Source: Pavona decussata (taxonomy: Eukaryota). Taken from it: a stretch of DNA of 64,000 nucleotides. The stretch's first letter is position 1. The number at the start of each line of letters is the position of its first letter. The DNA lies in the NCBI GenBank assembly GCA_977016875.1, contig CDRNST010000188.1:2232001-2296000 (forward strand), written 5' to 3'. Of this stretch, positions 1-13,700 are shown piece by piece. Made by a program: the position numbers and the translations under genes. The notes beneath the pieces were generated by a model. That model worked only from the letters and a program-made list of their open reading frames with translations. It searched no databases and had not been told where the DNA came from.

Positions 1-1585
1 TTAATATTTAGCAAGAGTCCGCAGCATCAAAAAAGCTGCCGCTCTTATAAAATTGGCGCGAAAACAGGATGCGCTCTTCAGTTAATTTATTCCCCGCGTA
101 AATCGTATTTCGCATAATTATGCCATTCTGCACGCCATGCCACATACCATTCCACAAACTAATTCCTCCTTTTACCCTCACCGACCTTACAGAACATCCG
201 ATTTACAGAAAGTTAACTCAACGAATCTATTTGATGATCACTGGGATAGGACAGAACTTTAATGACAAAATCAAAGCGCCCTGAGAGTGACCAAAGAATG
301 AACTATTTCAAATTATGTCTATAGTTATTTGTTTATTAAACACGCAAAAAAGAAAATAAACTTCACTCGCACTGGAAGGCGACGCAAAGGTCGAAGTGTA
401 CGTTCATTCTTTTAGTAGTTTTGCGTGATTGCCAATGGACAAAATATCATGACACAAAAGAGAGTGTTTCCAGGATTTAAAAGTGCTTTAAATGAAAGAA
501 GCTGGGTTTATAAAGTGGAAAGACACTGCAGCTCCCGTGGCGATTGAATAACAAGCAGAAACCGTCCAGTTTTCCTTCCAAGAACCGCCGAAAATATTTT
601 CTTTCTGAATGCTGCGTCGCCGGATGAAACTTGATACACGTGAACGATTTTGGTTGTCTAGCACGTGACCGATTTCTTCCCGGTGTTTTCAGCGTGGCAA
701 TTCCTTTGTGCATCCAAACGACGGCTTCTTTCAACGTTTTGTAACATCGGAAGGGGCTTTCAGTTTTGCTAAAGCCCGGGTGCTAAAGTTGCTATTTTGG
801 CTTTATCCAACGTAAAAATAAAAATGCGTTTAGCGTTGCGGTACTCAGTTGTTGTTGGTATGAATATGCAAATTTTCGGCGTTTACGTTTGTTCCAATGA
901 ATCGATCTTATCGATAACACTCGACTCCGAAGGAAAGATTTTTTTTTCAGATTCTACGTTTAGCGTGTCAATTTGGCGTGCCAGTGCGTTCACCTTTTTC
1001 CCTGTTTTCCCATGAGGATCACATTTTGGTTTTATCCAAGTGAACGTAAATAAAGAAATGAATTCGTCAAGCGTTGATTGTCACTGTGCATTAGCAAACT
1101 TTCAGTGTTTACATTTGTTCTGGTGAATAGATCTTCAGCATCGCTCACACTGGACCCCGTATGAAATTTATTTTCGAAGCTTTAGTTTTAGTTTCCTACT
1201 TTACCCTAAGCCTTTCACCCATGGTCTTGAATCTTTAAAGTTAATTGAACGTTTTCTTTCTTGTATTGCGGCCAGAGAAATGAAAAGTTTTGCTCAGCTG
1301 TATGTAAATTCAGTGTTTACGGCCTGATCTTATCGATTACGTTTGACACCGGATGGGAATTTATCGAGAAGAGCCAAAAGAGCGTCTGAGGTTAATTAAA
1401 GTCGAACTTTTGGAAAATATCCGTCCTGAAACGAAAGTTGCCCCTTCGGTTTCGTTCAATGGAAGGAGTTAGCAGACAACACACATACTAGCTGTTTTCT
1501 TTTAAGAATACGATATTCGTTGTGTTAATTTTACGTCCTTGTTTTTTGTCCCGTAATCAGGCGGCTGATGATGAATACATGCAGG

Positions 1586-1640
1586 GTCACAGACGGACTA
1601 TAACCGCCGGTAATACCGGGGGTTATAGTCCGTCTGTGAC
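1586..1640. repeat. 55-bp near-perfect palindrome, probably a truncated palindromic mini-MITE
   Basis: gtcacagacggactataaccgccggta-a-taccgggggttatagtccgtctgtgac; 27-bp arms, one mismatch; followed by gcaggcta. Confidence 0.75.
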
Positions 1641-2433
1641 GCAGGCTACCAGACTCGCAGACTCGGCCAACATGTAGCGCACGCGCACTAGATCACTGCG
1701 TTTTAGCATATACGAAGAAATCCTATTTTATAACATGGCGCTCCGCCCAAGTAATTAAGGACCGACTTTAAGTAATTCTTGCATGCGAACATAGATTTAA
1801 TATTCCAAATAGCGGTTGGCCTTTCTAGAAAGCGCGTATACGGTTATGAACCTAGTAAAATTGCCCTATAGAGAGACCCTCCACTACCTTCTCCCAATAA
1901 TCCCCGTAGTTCATTAATCAGACCCCAGCGGGAGACTACTGAAGCCCTCCTAAGTTAAGATGTATCTTATTTTTTTTTCTCTGATATTCTGTACTATTCT
2001 GTAAAAAAGACTTCAAGGTGGCGGATCCAAGATGCCGGCTGCATATAGAGAACAAGATATGGCGTCATAAGTCTACTAGCCTCTACTTTGCAGACCTCCT
2101 TTTTAGAAGACTATTGGACTTTGGTTCTTTTTTGGAGGGAGGGAGATTACGTTGCATTTAGTAACAGAAAATTATGAAGACCATAGTCTATGTGATAAAC
2201 AAAGCGGCATCGACTAGACAGAGGCGAAGATATAGCATCTGGTTTATCATATAATCTTCTTGAAATAAGCGAAAGAATATTGTGTCAAACATACAACTTG
2301 TCCAGTTCCAAAAGACTTGAAAATACACCAGGAGGTAGACTTTGAATTTCGTTCCCAGACAAGTCCCTGCAGGATAATTAAAAATAATATTAGAGACAAT
2401 GGAAAGTACAAAGTGACCATTGCCTTAATAAAA

Positions 2434-2485
<52 letters not shown>
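2434..2485 (+). repeat. (AATC)n microsatellite
   Basis: About 13 perfect units; paralogous copy at 7764-7812 with the same right flank. Confidence 0.95.
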
Positions 2486-2579
2486 CATCAGGTAATGAAT
2501 GAATGAAAAATAGCTGCTTGATATTGTATGAAAAACCATTCCGTTTCCAATAAAAAACACAAATCCCTTATCAACTTAC

Positions 2580-2651
2580 AGGAGGGTCAGCTTTGATAAT
2601 TTGGAGAATATTCCAGCCGGAAGACTTCGAAGTTTATTCGTATACAAGTAC
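2580..2651 (-). CDS. LRR exon [24 protein letters not shown]
   Basis: 72 bp; acceptor tttcttgcag, donor gtaagt; open frame. Confidence 0.92.
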
Positions 2652-5600
2652 CTGCAAGAAATAGGACACTGGTCAATTTTAAGTGGCAAGGAGAAATCAC
2701 GCGCATAGCCACGTGCATACGGACATAAGTGACATTGTCAAGGCCATATAAAAACAATTTCAAATGAAACACCGAGAAATGTCGAAAGTCTTAACCTTTT
2801 GTAGTTTAACATTCCTAATATCTACTGCTTGCTTTGTTGTTACAGATTTCATTTAGGTAACATTGCATTCTGAATATCACCTCGAAAGATATGATGGCTT
2901 GGAAAACAACGATTCCTTCAGTTGTGTTTATCTTTTTGAAAAGTCCGAACTGAAGTGTCGGTCATGATTTTAATTTCATCATCAGTATCGTGACCAAGAA
3001 ATATAGTAAAAAAAAAAAATGGAAAAACAATCGAATGAATAAATCAACAAATTGGCCTTCTTAACGTAAATTCAACATGAAAATAAAAAAAACCTCCAAC
3101 TGTAAACTTACAGACTTTGAAGATTGTTCAGTTTAGAGAATACAGTTCCTGGCAGTTCAGCGATTGAGTTACTTCCAAGATGCCTAATCAAGTTGAAAGG
3201 TATAAAAGAAAATAAAAACTTCAGTAATAGGTAGTTTGCATCGCCGTCATGTTGGTGTACAGAACAAAAGAAAATTTGTTCACAAAGTTTGCATAAAAAT
3301 GGCAGGTAACTCCCAGAGGAGAAAAATATCATTGTCCCTGTCCACCAACATGGCTGCCATGACGTCACATGTAAACCGTCAATTAGATCTGCGTTCTCCT
3401 TCCTGTACTAGCTAAGGCAATATTTGTTGAAAGAGCTCATCTCAGTATGAATATGTTAGTTATGGCGTTTAATCAATTCTTTTCTGAAAGGGAGGAAAGG
3501 TTGACTTAAATGGAAGTTAACGTCAACGACGCTCACATTGTTATACGAATGCGAATGGCACCTAACATATAGCTCGTACATTCAATTCATACTTTTCCAA
3601 ACTTCAGATTTGCTCAAGTAAATTAATGAATGAGTGAGGCAGAGGAGGGGGGGGGGGAGGGTCTTTCTTCTAAGGTTTTCGTCCTACTATCGTCACATTT
3701 TAGCAGCCCTCTTGGTACTTATGACATATGCAAATTAGGTCACGTGACTCAGTTTTTCGCGAAAGGAACGTAGGCCCAGGTGTTAATCCACCTGAGTGGT
3801 ATTTTTTTTTTTAGGGGAAGAGTTTTTATGAAATTGCCTTCTTAATTCTTTAATGGCTAATAATTTACCCTCCACCCATCCATCAGGCTTCGGTTGCTCC
3901 ACTCGAGGCGACTGATGGTTGGCGTATAACATACATCAGGGGAATGCGAACGCCGTAGTATTCTTGGCTCAAAAGAAAACCTTCGTTTCGGTGGATCAAA
4001 GCGCCTCTATTGAGTGGTTTATATCGTCCTTATTTGAACGCACCCAAAAATTTTTCCTAAACGGTTCTCTTCCCAGCAACTGTGTATTGTCCTGCGGTTT
4101 CCCTCAGGGGACAATTTTGGGAACACGCCTTTTTCTCTCATACATTTATGACCTACCCAATTGTATCGTGTACTCACAGCCCCGAATGTATGCCGATGAC
4201 ACCCACTTGACGCTTGCAGGTAATAATGATAAAATAAAGATCTTGCCAGCTTCAGTGAAAGACTCATTTCTACTAAGCTCACACTAAATAAACCTAAAAC
4301 TGAATTCATGTTAATTGGCTCTTGGCAAAGGTGGGAAGCAGTCTCTCATTCCCCCTTTCTAACAATCGGTGGGGCCCATAAGTCAGGTCCCGAGCACAAA
4401 GTCTATTGGTGTTCACATAGACGAAAATCTGAATTGGAACTTTTGTCCCTCACACAACGCTTCTATTGATTTAAAATTCTTTGGTGAAATCTCATTTTGA
4501 TTATTGGGGCGTTGTGTGGGGGTAACTGTAATACAACTCTTGCCAATAAACTCCAAAAGCTTCTTTCTTTCAAGAGCTGAGTCGGAGAAAGCTTGAATCC
4601 CAGCGCCAGATACAAAACGCTTGTATTGTGTAAAAATCTGTAAATGGGATCGCTCCTGATTATCTTCGATCTAAATTTGTCGAGCATAGCACCATTACTC
4701 GCTATATTCACTTCGCAAGACTGAAGATAAACTTGCTGTCCCCTTCCCCGCACTAATTAACTTCCTTAAAAAGAGTTTCAGGTATTTTGGGGCGGCAATG
4801 GAACAGTTTCCCAACTCAATTCCGGTACGCAAATGAGTTCTGTAGTGTCATTTAGGGTCTTTCCACACCGGCTGCAGCGGCTTCTTTTAGCTTTAATACG
4901 GATGGCGAATATATTTGGCTGTGAGACGCTTTCAAAGTCATGGTGTTTTTATTAGAGAGGCAAAACATTCAATTGTAATCAATTATGCCTGTGTTATGGA
5001 CACCTAATTATACAAGAAAAATTGGGAATAGGCTGACTAAATAGAGACTTCGCAAATACATGCCTCATCGATCGCACTAGTGTATTGAAAAACGTGGGTC
5101 CAGATGTGGTTTACTGCTTATTATGATTATGCGTTTACAAAGTATTTTTTGCTCTTAAGTGATTATATAAAGCCGACATTTTTCATGTTAATTGTTACAG
5201 TTAAGTGTTGCAATACATCGTGAGGCTGCAGCAGTGAAGTTAATGATGAACTTTTCTCATTTTTTTGAAGAAAATTTCCCTTTACTCAAAAGACAACAAA
5301 AGTCGAAGAAACAAACAAAGAAAAAAAGCGAACAAATAAACAAACGAACAAACAAAACAATCGGTTGATTCATTGCTGTCTCTTGGGGGTTCTAGCTTTC
5401 CAGATGGTGTGAATGCACATCTGGAGTTGTAAGTTATCTGGCACGAGTAAAAATCATGTCATTAAAAATATCATTTTGAGACGTTGCAATAGAGATATAT
5501 TGGGCAGAAAAAAAATGCAATCTACGGCTTAAATTACTTGCAGTGACCTAAGATTTCTAAGTTCGGATATTTTTTTCCTTGTAAGTTCAGCAATTGTTAC

Positions 5601-7761
5601 TTATCAAGACGCCTGTAAAAGAGAAAAATAAATGAACTAATCGCTGCTTGTATTTTTCCCTTTTCGTTGGAATATTCTCTTGTCACATACTTTGGCAGAG
5701 AGGATGGTATCATTTTGTGTTATAAGGCTGCTTCCTGTAATTTATTTCATTGTATGATGTTCTTAATTTTGGGACGTTCGTGCACCTTTTTTCTGTTGAG
5801 TTTGCTTAAACAAAAAACAAACAAACTGAAACGTCATTTAAATGCCATTATTTTGGCGTTTAGGGACGTTTAAATAATAAAAAAGATGTGGGCATAAAAA
5901 TGTGCATTTTCTCTATATTACTCACAATGACTGAAGACGTGTCAGCTCGGAGAATATTTGTTCCGGCAGTTCAGCAATATTGTTGCTTTTAAGATTCCTG
6001 TAGAAGAGAAAAAAGGATAAAAATTAAACTAATACTCCCTTACTTTTGCACTTTCTGTTAAATATCTAACTGTTACAGTGACGATGGTACAATCCTGCCT
6101 GGTTATTTTCGCTTTTTGCACTACTCGTCGCAAAATATTTCATATATAAGTGCTTCTTAAACGAGAAATCCTTAGATTTCTAGCTCTATAAAATTAAACG
6201 GCGTGAGAAATCCCTCACTGAAAAATTTATACTCACCAAAAACAACACTATCACTGCCTTTGACAACAAATGGACACCCTTCTTCTCAAAACATTTTACT
6301 TCTGGCACAGTCTGACGCGGTCGCACTCCTATCACACCATCCCGTATTACTATTATTGTTATTTCTACCTATTTACAATTCATTTCCTCTCTTAACTCAA
6401 ATAAGTGTATTTTTGTTTCCTTCTTTTTTTTTTTGTCTTCCATGTAGCATGGACATTGTAAGTTGTTTTAGTTAGTTGTAAGTATAGTAAGTATTGTTAA
6501 CGATGTAGATATAGTTATTGTGGTTTGTATTGTGAGTATTGTAAGAAATGTTAGTAGTGTTTAGTATTGTAAATGTGCTGTCATGTAAGACAAATAAAAT
6601 TGTAATCATTAAAAAAGTGACGATGGTAACACGTTCTAAAACTCCAAGGAGTGTTCTAAAGCTTTATTTGCACAATTTGATAGTTTCAAGGGAGCCTTAA
6701 GTTGCAAGTTACCAAGAGCACCTTCATAGGTGGGCACAATTAGCGCTATTTCTACTATCTTTTCGCGAAACCCACAACCAGTGGCAATATGTTAACGTTT
6801 CATTTTCGTCTTGATCTCGCCTCCCGCCCTTTTCCAACATTCGTACTTTGGGAAAGTACGAAGGACTTTTAGTAATCAAAATTAAAGATTTGGAGGCTTG
6901 TTGACTTGGACATTTTCTGTCGTAAGATTTTAGTTTTGAAAAGCTTGGCAGGGACCTTTTTTAAGGTTAAATAAAAAGCGTATTTATAAAAGGCGTGCTC
7001 GCTTGATTATAAGGTAAGCTTAAGATTGATGGTACTTCGCTTTTGTAGCTATAAAAAAGTAGAAGGCTCCATTTACATTCCGTGTCAAACTTTGCCTATT
7101 GTTATGGTTGACTTTTTAGGAGACAATAGACCTATTTCACGAACCGTTTTCGTCGCGAACACACACAGTCTTTAACAGAAAACACATTTAACGGATCGAT
7201 TTTTGTTGGAATTACATTGCCTAAACTTGCCTAATTTGCTGAATGTTTTTAAACAACACCAGTCGGCAAAAAGTTAGCAATCAAAGTTGGTTTTAAGGCA
7301 CCTCTTTTGTTTTGTTTGAGAGATTTTTGTTGTTGTCATTGATAGTGACGCGGATTTTCTCTCGTGTGCGTGTATATATCTGTGAGGATTGTGTTGCCTT
7401 AACGCGATGAATTGCTGAAAGACTGATCTTTATGAGAATTAAGTACATACTAGAGTTTGAACATTTTTTTTATGTCATGAGTAGCGCACGGAATTAGATA
7501 GAAAATAGGCTATTTCCATGATGGCGTCACTTTTTACTACAACTGCCAGAATTCATTTCGTTTTTCTCTTCAAATGCAAATTTTGTAATCCCAGTGGACA
7601 GCAAAGAGCAAAAGCTCTAATTAGCATGAGAAAACAAAAACCAGAAGGATTCTGGTAGTTGTAGTAAAATGACGTCATAGTGAAAATGTCCTATTACACT
7701 CTTACTAGCAAGCATTGTTGACCAAAATAGAGCAATAAGAGAGCAGCTTAATAAAAGATCA

Positions 7762-7797
<36 letters not shown>

Positions 7798-10700
7798 GAC
7801 AATCAATCAATCCACCCATAGGTTAATGAATGAATGAAAAGTAGCCGCTTGATATTGTATGAAAAACCATTCCGTTTCCAATAAAAAAAAAACTGGTTTA
7901 AAAACAACTATTTTCGTTCAGAGTGGGAGCTAGGGTATGAAACAGAATAAGGGAAGCCGGAGAGACGGAGATAGTTCAGGAGACTACCAGAGAGATAAAC
8001 ATAAGTGAGCGCTGTCAACCTGACAACTATAAGAAATAAACTGCAGGACAGTATATCTGCCTATAGCTATTTTACGGTTATAAGGGCGGCAATCCAGAAA
8101 TTTCGCCTGGAGGTGTGCAAAATGAAAAAAATCGAAAATTCCCAAAATTTGCCAGGACATAGGTCTAGATGAAGTATTAATACAAAAATTACTTTGAGTT
8201 CAATTAGATTTTTTCTTTTAGGCGAATGGCGACAAAGTCGGTATGGCCGCTTCCACATCGCTTTTCACGGCGTCAACACCATACGTTACTTGAAATTCAC
8301 CTAAAAACAAACATAACAGTAAATCCGATCATTAAACATCTTAATCAAAAGAATGCATATTAAGGAACAGTCTGAAGTGTTATTTGTTCAATTCCATCGC
8401 GAACGAAACTTTTTTTTCCATATTTCGCCGATTTTGGCGGAGCAAAAACACGGCAACATTGGGAGGATAAAATCGCTCCTGGGTACATGGCGTGGTTTCA
8501 TATCAAGTACATCGAGGGAAATAGCAAGGTTTCGTCTTCAAATAACTGCAATAAAAGTTTTGGGCTGCGTTAAATATAAAATTTTAGAGCGCGAAACAAA
8601 AGTGACCCAACGGTCCAATTACGCAGTTCCTTGTCAAGCATTTAGAACCGTAAATGAATAACATGCTCGGTTAAAGAAATAATGGGTCAATTTTCGCAAA
8701 AAAAATCACTACTGTTGCGAAGATTATACTAATTTCGAGTAACATTTCCATTAATTACTGCTTAGGCTGTTTGAAATTTCAACTTTAAACGGCTTCTTCG
8801 AAAGATTAAATTCAAATTCTACTTGTTCGGTCCGAGAACCGATATAGTTTTAAATTGCCTGGTTTTGAAACAAACCGTAAAACAGGATATTAGCCATATT
8901 TACACTTCTTTTGGAAGACTTCTATTTGCAGATCTTTTCATACCAAACTGTGAGCGCTTAGCATGAAGATAGGTATCTACCTTTTGCCTCGACTCACAAG
9001 TTGCAGACCCCCGGGGGGGGGGTACTCCAAAAAAAAATTGGGTAGGGGTGTGCGGCCCGCTTCCCAAACCCTTACCCTATTTATGACCAAAATCTGCGAT
9101 TTTCCCTACCCTATTTATGACCTGAAGTAGCTTCTTCTAAAATAAATCGAACCCAGGACAGGAGTGCAAAAATCTATACCCTATTTATTACCAAAATGGC
9201 GGCAAAATGGCTAAAAGCGATACCCTACTTATGACCAAAACAGCCGAAAAACCATACCCTTTGGCGCTGCACATACCTATATAGCCCATATAAGGGAGTA
9301 CCCCCCCCCCCCCCCCGGGGGTTGCAGACGGCCACCGGCCGATGCATTCGAAGCAAAGGAAAAGATTGCGTGACAAGTACCCAGGCGTTTACGCTGCCAC
9401 GCAGCCAGTCGTTACGCTTTCTCTGGAACTTTGTGGAGCTTGTCTGAAAAATTTCAAATACTTTAATGTTTGTTTGTTTGTTTGTTCCTTTTTTACGAGA
9501 CCTTTTTGAACGTACCAAAGTTAAGCGGGTATTCACCCTGGGACCATTTTGTCCTGGGTATTGTCTAACTCAGCAGGTAGAGAAGATCCTTGGGTTAACA
9601 AATTTGACCGCTATATAGTCCTCTTCTACGAAACTTGCAGCCGTTTTCGTTTTTAGCGAGGGAAATCATGCAAATAATGACAACTAAAGAACGACGGAAA
9701 GGGTGGTGGGTTTTGGTTGTCACTGAGTCAATACCTGCATCCTATCTCGCTTACAGATTTGCGAGACCTTGTAAAAACGTTTACATTTTGATCGAAATGG
9801 CAAGATTATAGGTAGGGTTATACGGGTGTCTTTTGAGTAAAACGTCGTTCTAAGGATTGGATCCCAGTCCTTTGACAGCAACTCGACCACTTGTTTTGAG
9901 CTACTTCTAGCAACAGCATGGTAAAATAACAAACTACCCATTATCTTGTATGGTTTTAACTTTGTATTTGATGTTTTGTTCCCTCACAATGAACAGCAGT
10001 GATCATATAATTGAAAGCATCTGGTGACCCCCAATGAAACTGTAGTGAGTCGACTTGAATTTTTGTACGTGGTGCGCGTGCACGAACTTAATCGTATAGA
10101 CGGTAGACTAGCTCGCGTAGCTGGTGAGATTGTTTGCAGAGTCAGTGTTACGTTTTAGGGTTGAACAGCGGAGCAGCGAAAAGAATGGTGAGGATACAAG
10201 CCTTCGCACGTGTGTGGGCAACGAGGCATGGATCATAAACAGTTATCTGCTTGGACTGCTCAGTGCTTGCATTTGATAACGTTCAGACTACACATCGTTC
10301 TTGTTCAACGTCTTCATGGAAAGTCCACATGGCCCTCCAACAAACGCGGAGTAACCACGTACAGGTTAAGGTTGTCATACAGTGATGTTGTAAGCGCGTG
10401 CGCACACAGATACACTCTGTTTTTTTTTTTTTTTTTTTTTTTTAATAAGAACTATTCTTATAAGAACGTCGAGGCTGAGATTAACCAAAATTTTAAGAAC
10501 GTATTAAGAACATTCCTAAGGCTGAGAGTCGATTAAGAACGTTTTTATTTTGCTAATCTGAATATAAAATCAAGGTAAGAAATGGAAATTAACCAAAATA
10601 CTTAAGGGCATGTTTTGTATAACATTAACAATGGTGACACACATCTCGGTTTGCCATAATCAGCAGTTCTTGATACCATATCTCACCAGACAATGCACTT

Positions 10701-13700
10701 TGATAGGTTTCCTAGGCCTGGTCACGTCCTCTTTGATTTACTTAAATACCTGTTCTTTCATCTTTTTTTTTTATATGAACTTTCCATATCAATGTTTTAA
10801 AGTTGGCGTAATCTCCGACAATCCTGTCCGTGCAAACTATTTCCCTACCCCACCCCCACAATCCTTTGTCTGTCTGTTGTGTAACGCATTCCAATGCATC
10901 CGATGACGCTCCGGCTAAAAAAAAGGAGCTGTTTATTTTCAGTTCTCAGGTATTTATATTTTACACATATATTTATTTCTCCCACCAGAAAAAACTTACC
11001 TTTATGCTGTCTATTAAGATTTAGAAATGATAGAAAGTCATTGTCCTTTACGGCTTACCACAGGGCACCCACACAAACTATGTGACCGTTTGTATTTTGA
11101 ATTTATAGAGGCAATGTATGGGAATATCGAAAATCCTCGTATTATCGTACTAGATTGCGATAGATATTCTCATTAAACATCAAAATAAACGTAGTTTTAC
11201 CTTAAATGTTGTGTGTTGTCGTTCCTGACGTTGAAGACGGCGATTTTAGCCATTTGAAGGGTTCGGCGTTGAACGTTCACTCTAGCGTAATAGAAGAGTC
11301 ACTCTTCTTTTGAATGCGTGACAAGGAACTGCGTAATTTGACCGTTGGGTCACTTTTGTTTGGCGCTCTAAAATTTAATATTTAACGTAGCCCAAAAATT
11401 TTATTGCAGTTATTTGAAGATGAAACCTTGCTCTTTCGCTCGATGTACTTGATATGAAACCACGCTCCGCTAAAATCGGCGAAATATGGAAAAAAAATTT
11501 CGTTCGCGATGGAATTGAACAAATAACACTTCAGACTATTCCTAAATATGAATTCTTTTGATCAAGGATTGAATGGTCGGATTTACTGTTATGTTTATTC
11601 TTAGGCGACTTTCAAGTAACGTATGGTGTGGACGCTGTGAAAATTGATGTGGGAGCGGCCAAACCGACTTTGTTGCCGTTCGCGTAAAATAAAAATCTAA
11701 TCGAACTCAAAGTATTTTTTGTATTAATACTTCATCTAGACCAATTTTGGGAATTTTCGATTTTTTTCATTTTGCACACCTCCAGGCGAAATTTCTGGAT
11801 TGCCGCTCTTAAGCGCTTTTAAGGAAACATTAAAGTGCCCATAACAGAATTTTTTTTTATTTTCTCATCTGAATCTAAACATAACCATAAGACATTCAAA
11901 TTTGCCGCCATTTTGGCCCACCATTCGCATTAGTCTCCTCTCGGTTTAGCAAGAGCTGTGACGTAGATTCAGGAACACGTGACTTCAGCCTTTCTCTGAA
12001 TCTCACTGAAAACAAGTCGCGGCATTTCTGCACGTTTCTCGAAAATGTCGGAAAGATGTGTGGCAGCGAGATGTGGAAATATCAAAGACGAAGCGAATGG
12101 AATAAGCATGCACAGGATTCCTTCCTTTGGCACCACATGCCCGCAAAGACTGAGGAGGCGAAAGAAATGGATCGATTTTATGCTGGAGCGGAGGAAGATG
12201 TGGACGCTTGGAAAGACCTCGTCCTTGTGCTCGATGCACTTCAATGAGGAGAATTTCACAAGGCTGATGAATTCAGGTTTAAACGTAAAACGTGAACTGA
12301 AGTAGGATGACATCAGCGTTTGTGTTTATCCTTCAAAACATGCTAAGCGAAAGGAAGACGAAGATCAAGAGCCACCTTCGAAGAGGAGCAGGGAAAAGCG
12401 AATGGTAAGCTTTTGATAAATATTCACACCCGCTTGTGGCATTCTAAGCGTTGTAACTTTCTAAGGTTTATAGTTTGACCTCACTGTTAACTTAGTCGCA
12501 AGTTTTATAAAATGTGGCGTAATTGTTTTGGTATATATTCTCATAGATCGTGAGATCCGCGAAGTTTCGTTTAGACCAAGCTCTCAAAAAATACTAGCAC
12601 AAATGTTAGCACTGATGTAAATAGATCGACGCGAGAACAGTCGCACTCGGTGAACACAGAAAACATTGTAAACCACGATGTAGATAAGGTAGATAAACTG
12701 CAGCAAGAATTCAACGAGCTCAAACAAATATTGTACAAACATGTGTTGCAGAATTCTGCAGACAATAAAAATGTTGAAAAGTATAGCAGTGTTATCTCTG
12801 AAAACCTAGCCACCACAACGGGGGTTCAAAATAAAAAAGGGCACAAAGCAAATAACAAGTGCAAAGAGCGCAGAAAAATATTGGCTAAAAAACAGATTCA
12901 GACACAAAGAGAAAAACACGAGAAATTCATAAGGAATTTTTCAAACCAACAACTTAGCGACAGCCTGTTAGCGTTATTTCTAAAGGGCTCCAATTTGTCC
13001 TGACACCGGTGACAGACGCGAATTACATTAGACGCCAACTCTTTGTAACTCTTGTTAGACTTCGAACATTTCGCAAGACGTATGCCTAAAAGATACAATG
13101 GATTTCGTAAACTTTATAGGAAAGACCAAGGTCTCTCAAGATACTATCTTGGTATCAATGGATGCAACAAGCTTGTATACAAATATACCACAGGAGGAGG
13201 GAATTACAACAGTATGCAGAGCATACGAGGCATTCCACAGCAATAAACCTCCTATACCGTAACACTACCTCAAAGAAATACTTAAACTTATTCTTCAGGA
13301 AAATTCATTCCAAGTTGTTGGAAACAATTATCTCCAGACCCATGGAACTGCAATGGGTACAAAAATGGCCGTTGCGTTTGCAAACATATGGCCGATATTG
13401 AAACAAAAGTGATAAGTCAAAGCAAAACAAAACCAATAGCAATAGAATGGAAACGTTTTATTGATGACATTTTCTCACTGTGGGACGGTGAGAAAAAGGA
13501 AATTAACCTGTTCATTGAACAAGCTAACAACTTCCATCCTACAATTAAATTTACGGCCGAAATTTCAGAGAACGAGACAAGCTATTATTATCACAGTTCA
13601 ACACGTGTCTCTCCTGTAGTTCCGCGAGAACAATGCCGCTGGTCAGCGCTTCCCAATTGCCTTCGAGTTACTTGCAGCAGTAGCACTCGCTGATATTTGC

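Noticed and set aside
3108-3368. 86-aa ORF as a complete gene
   Set aside because: Only the last 24 codons are the LRR exon; the rest is intron and MITE read-through
12045-12305. Host THAP-domain gene
   Set aside because: Lies just inside a TTAA-flanked TIR, has a premature stop and is truncated by a retroelement; it is a transposase remnant
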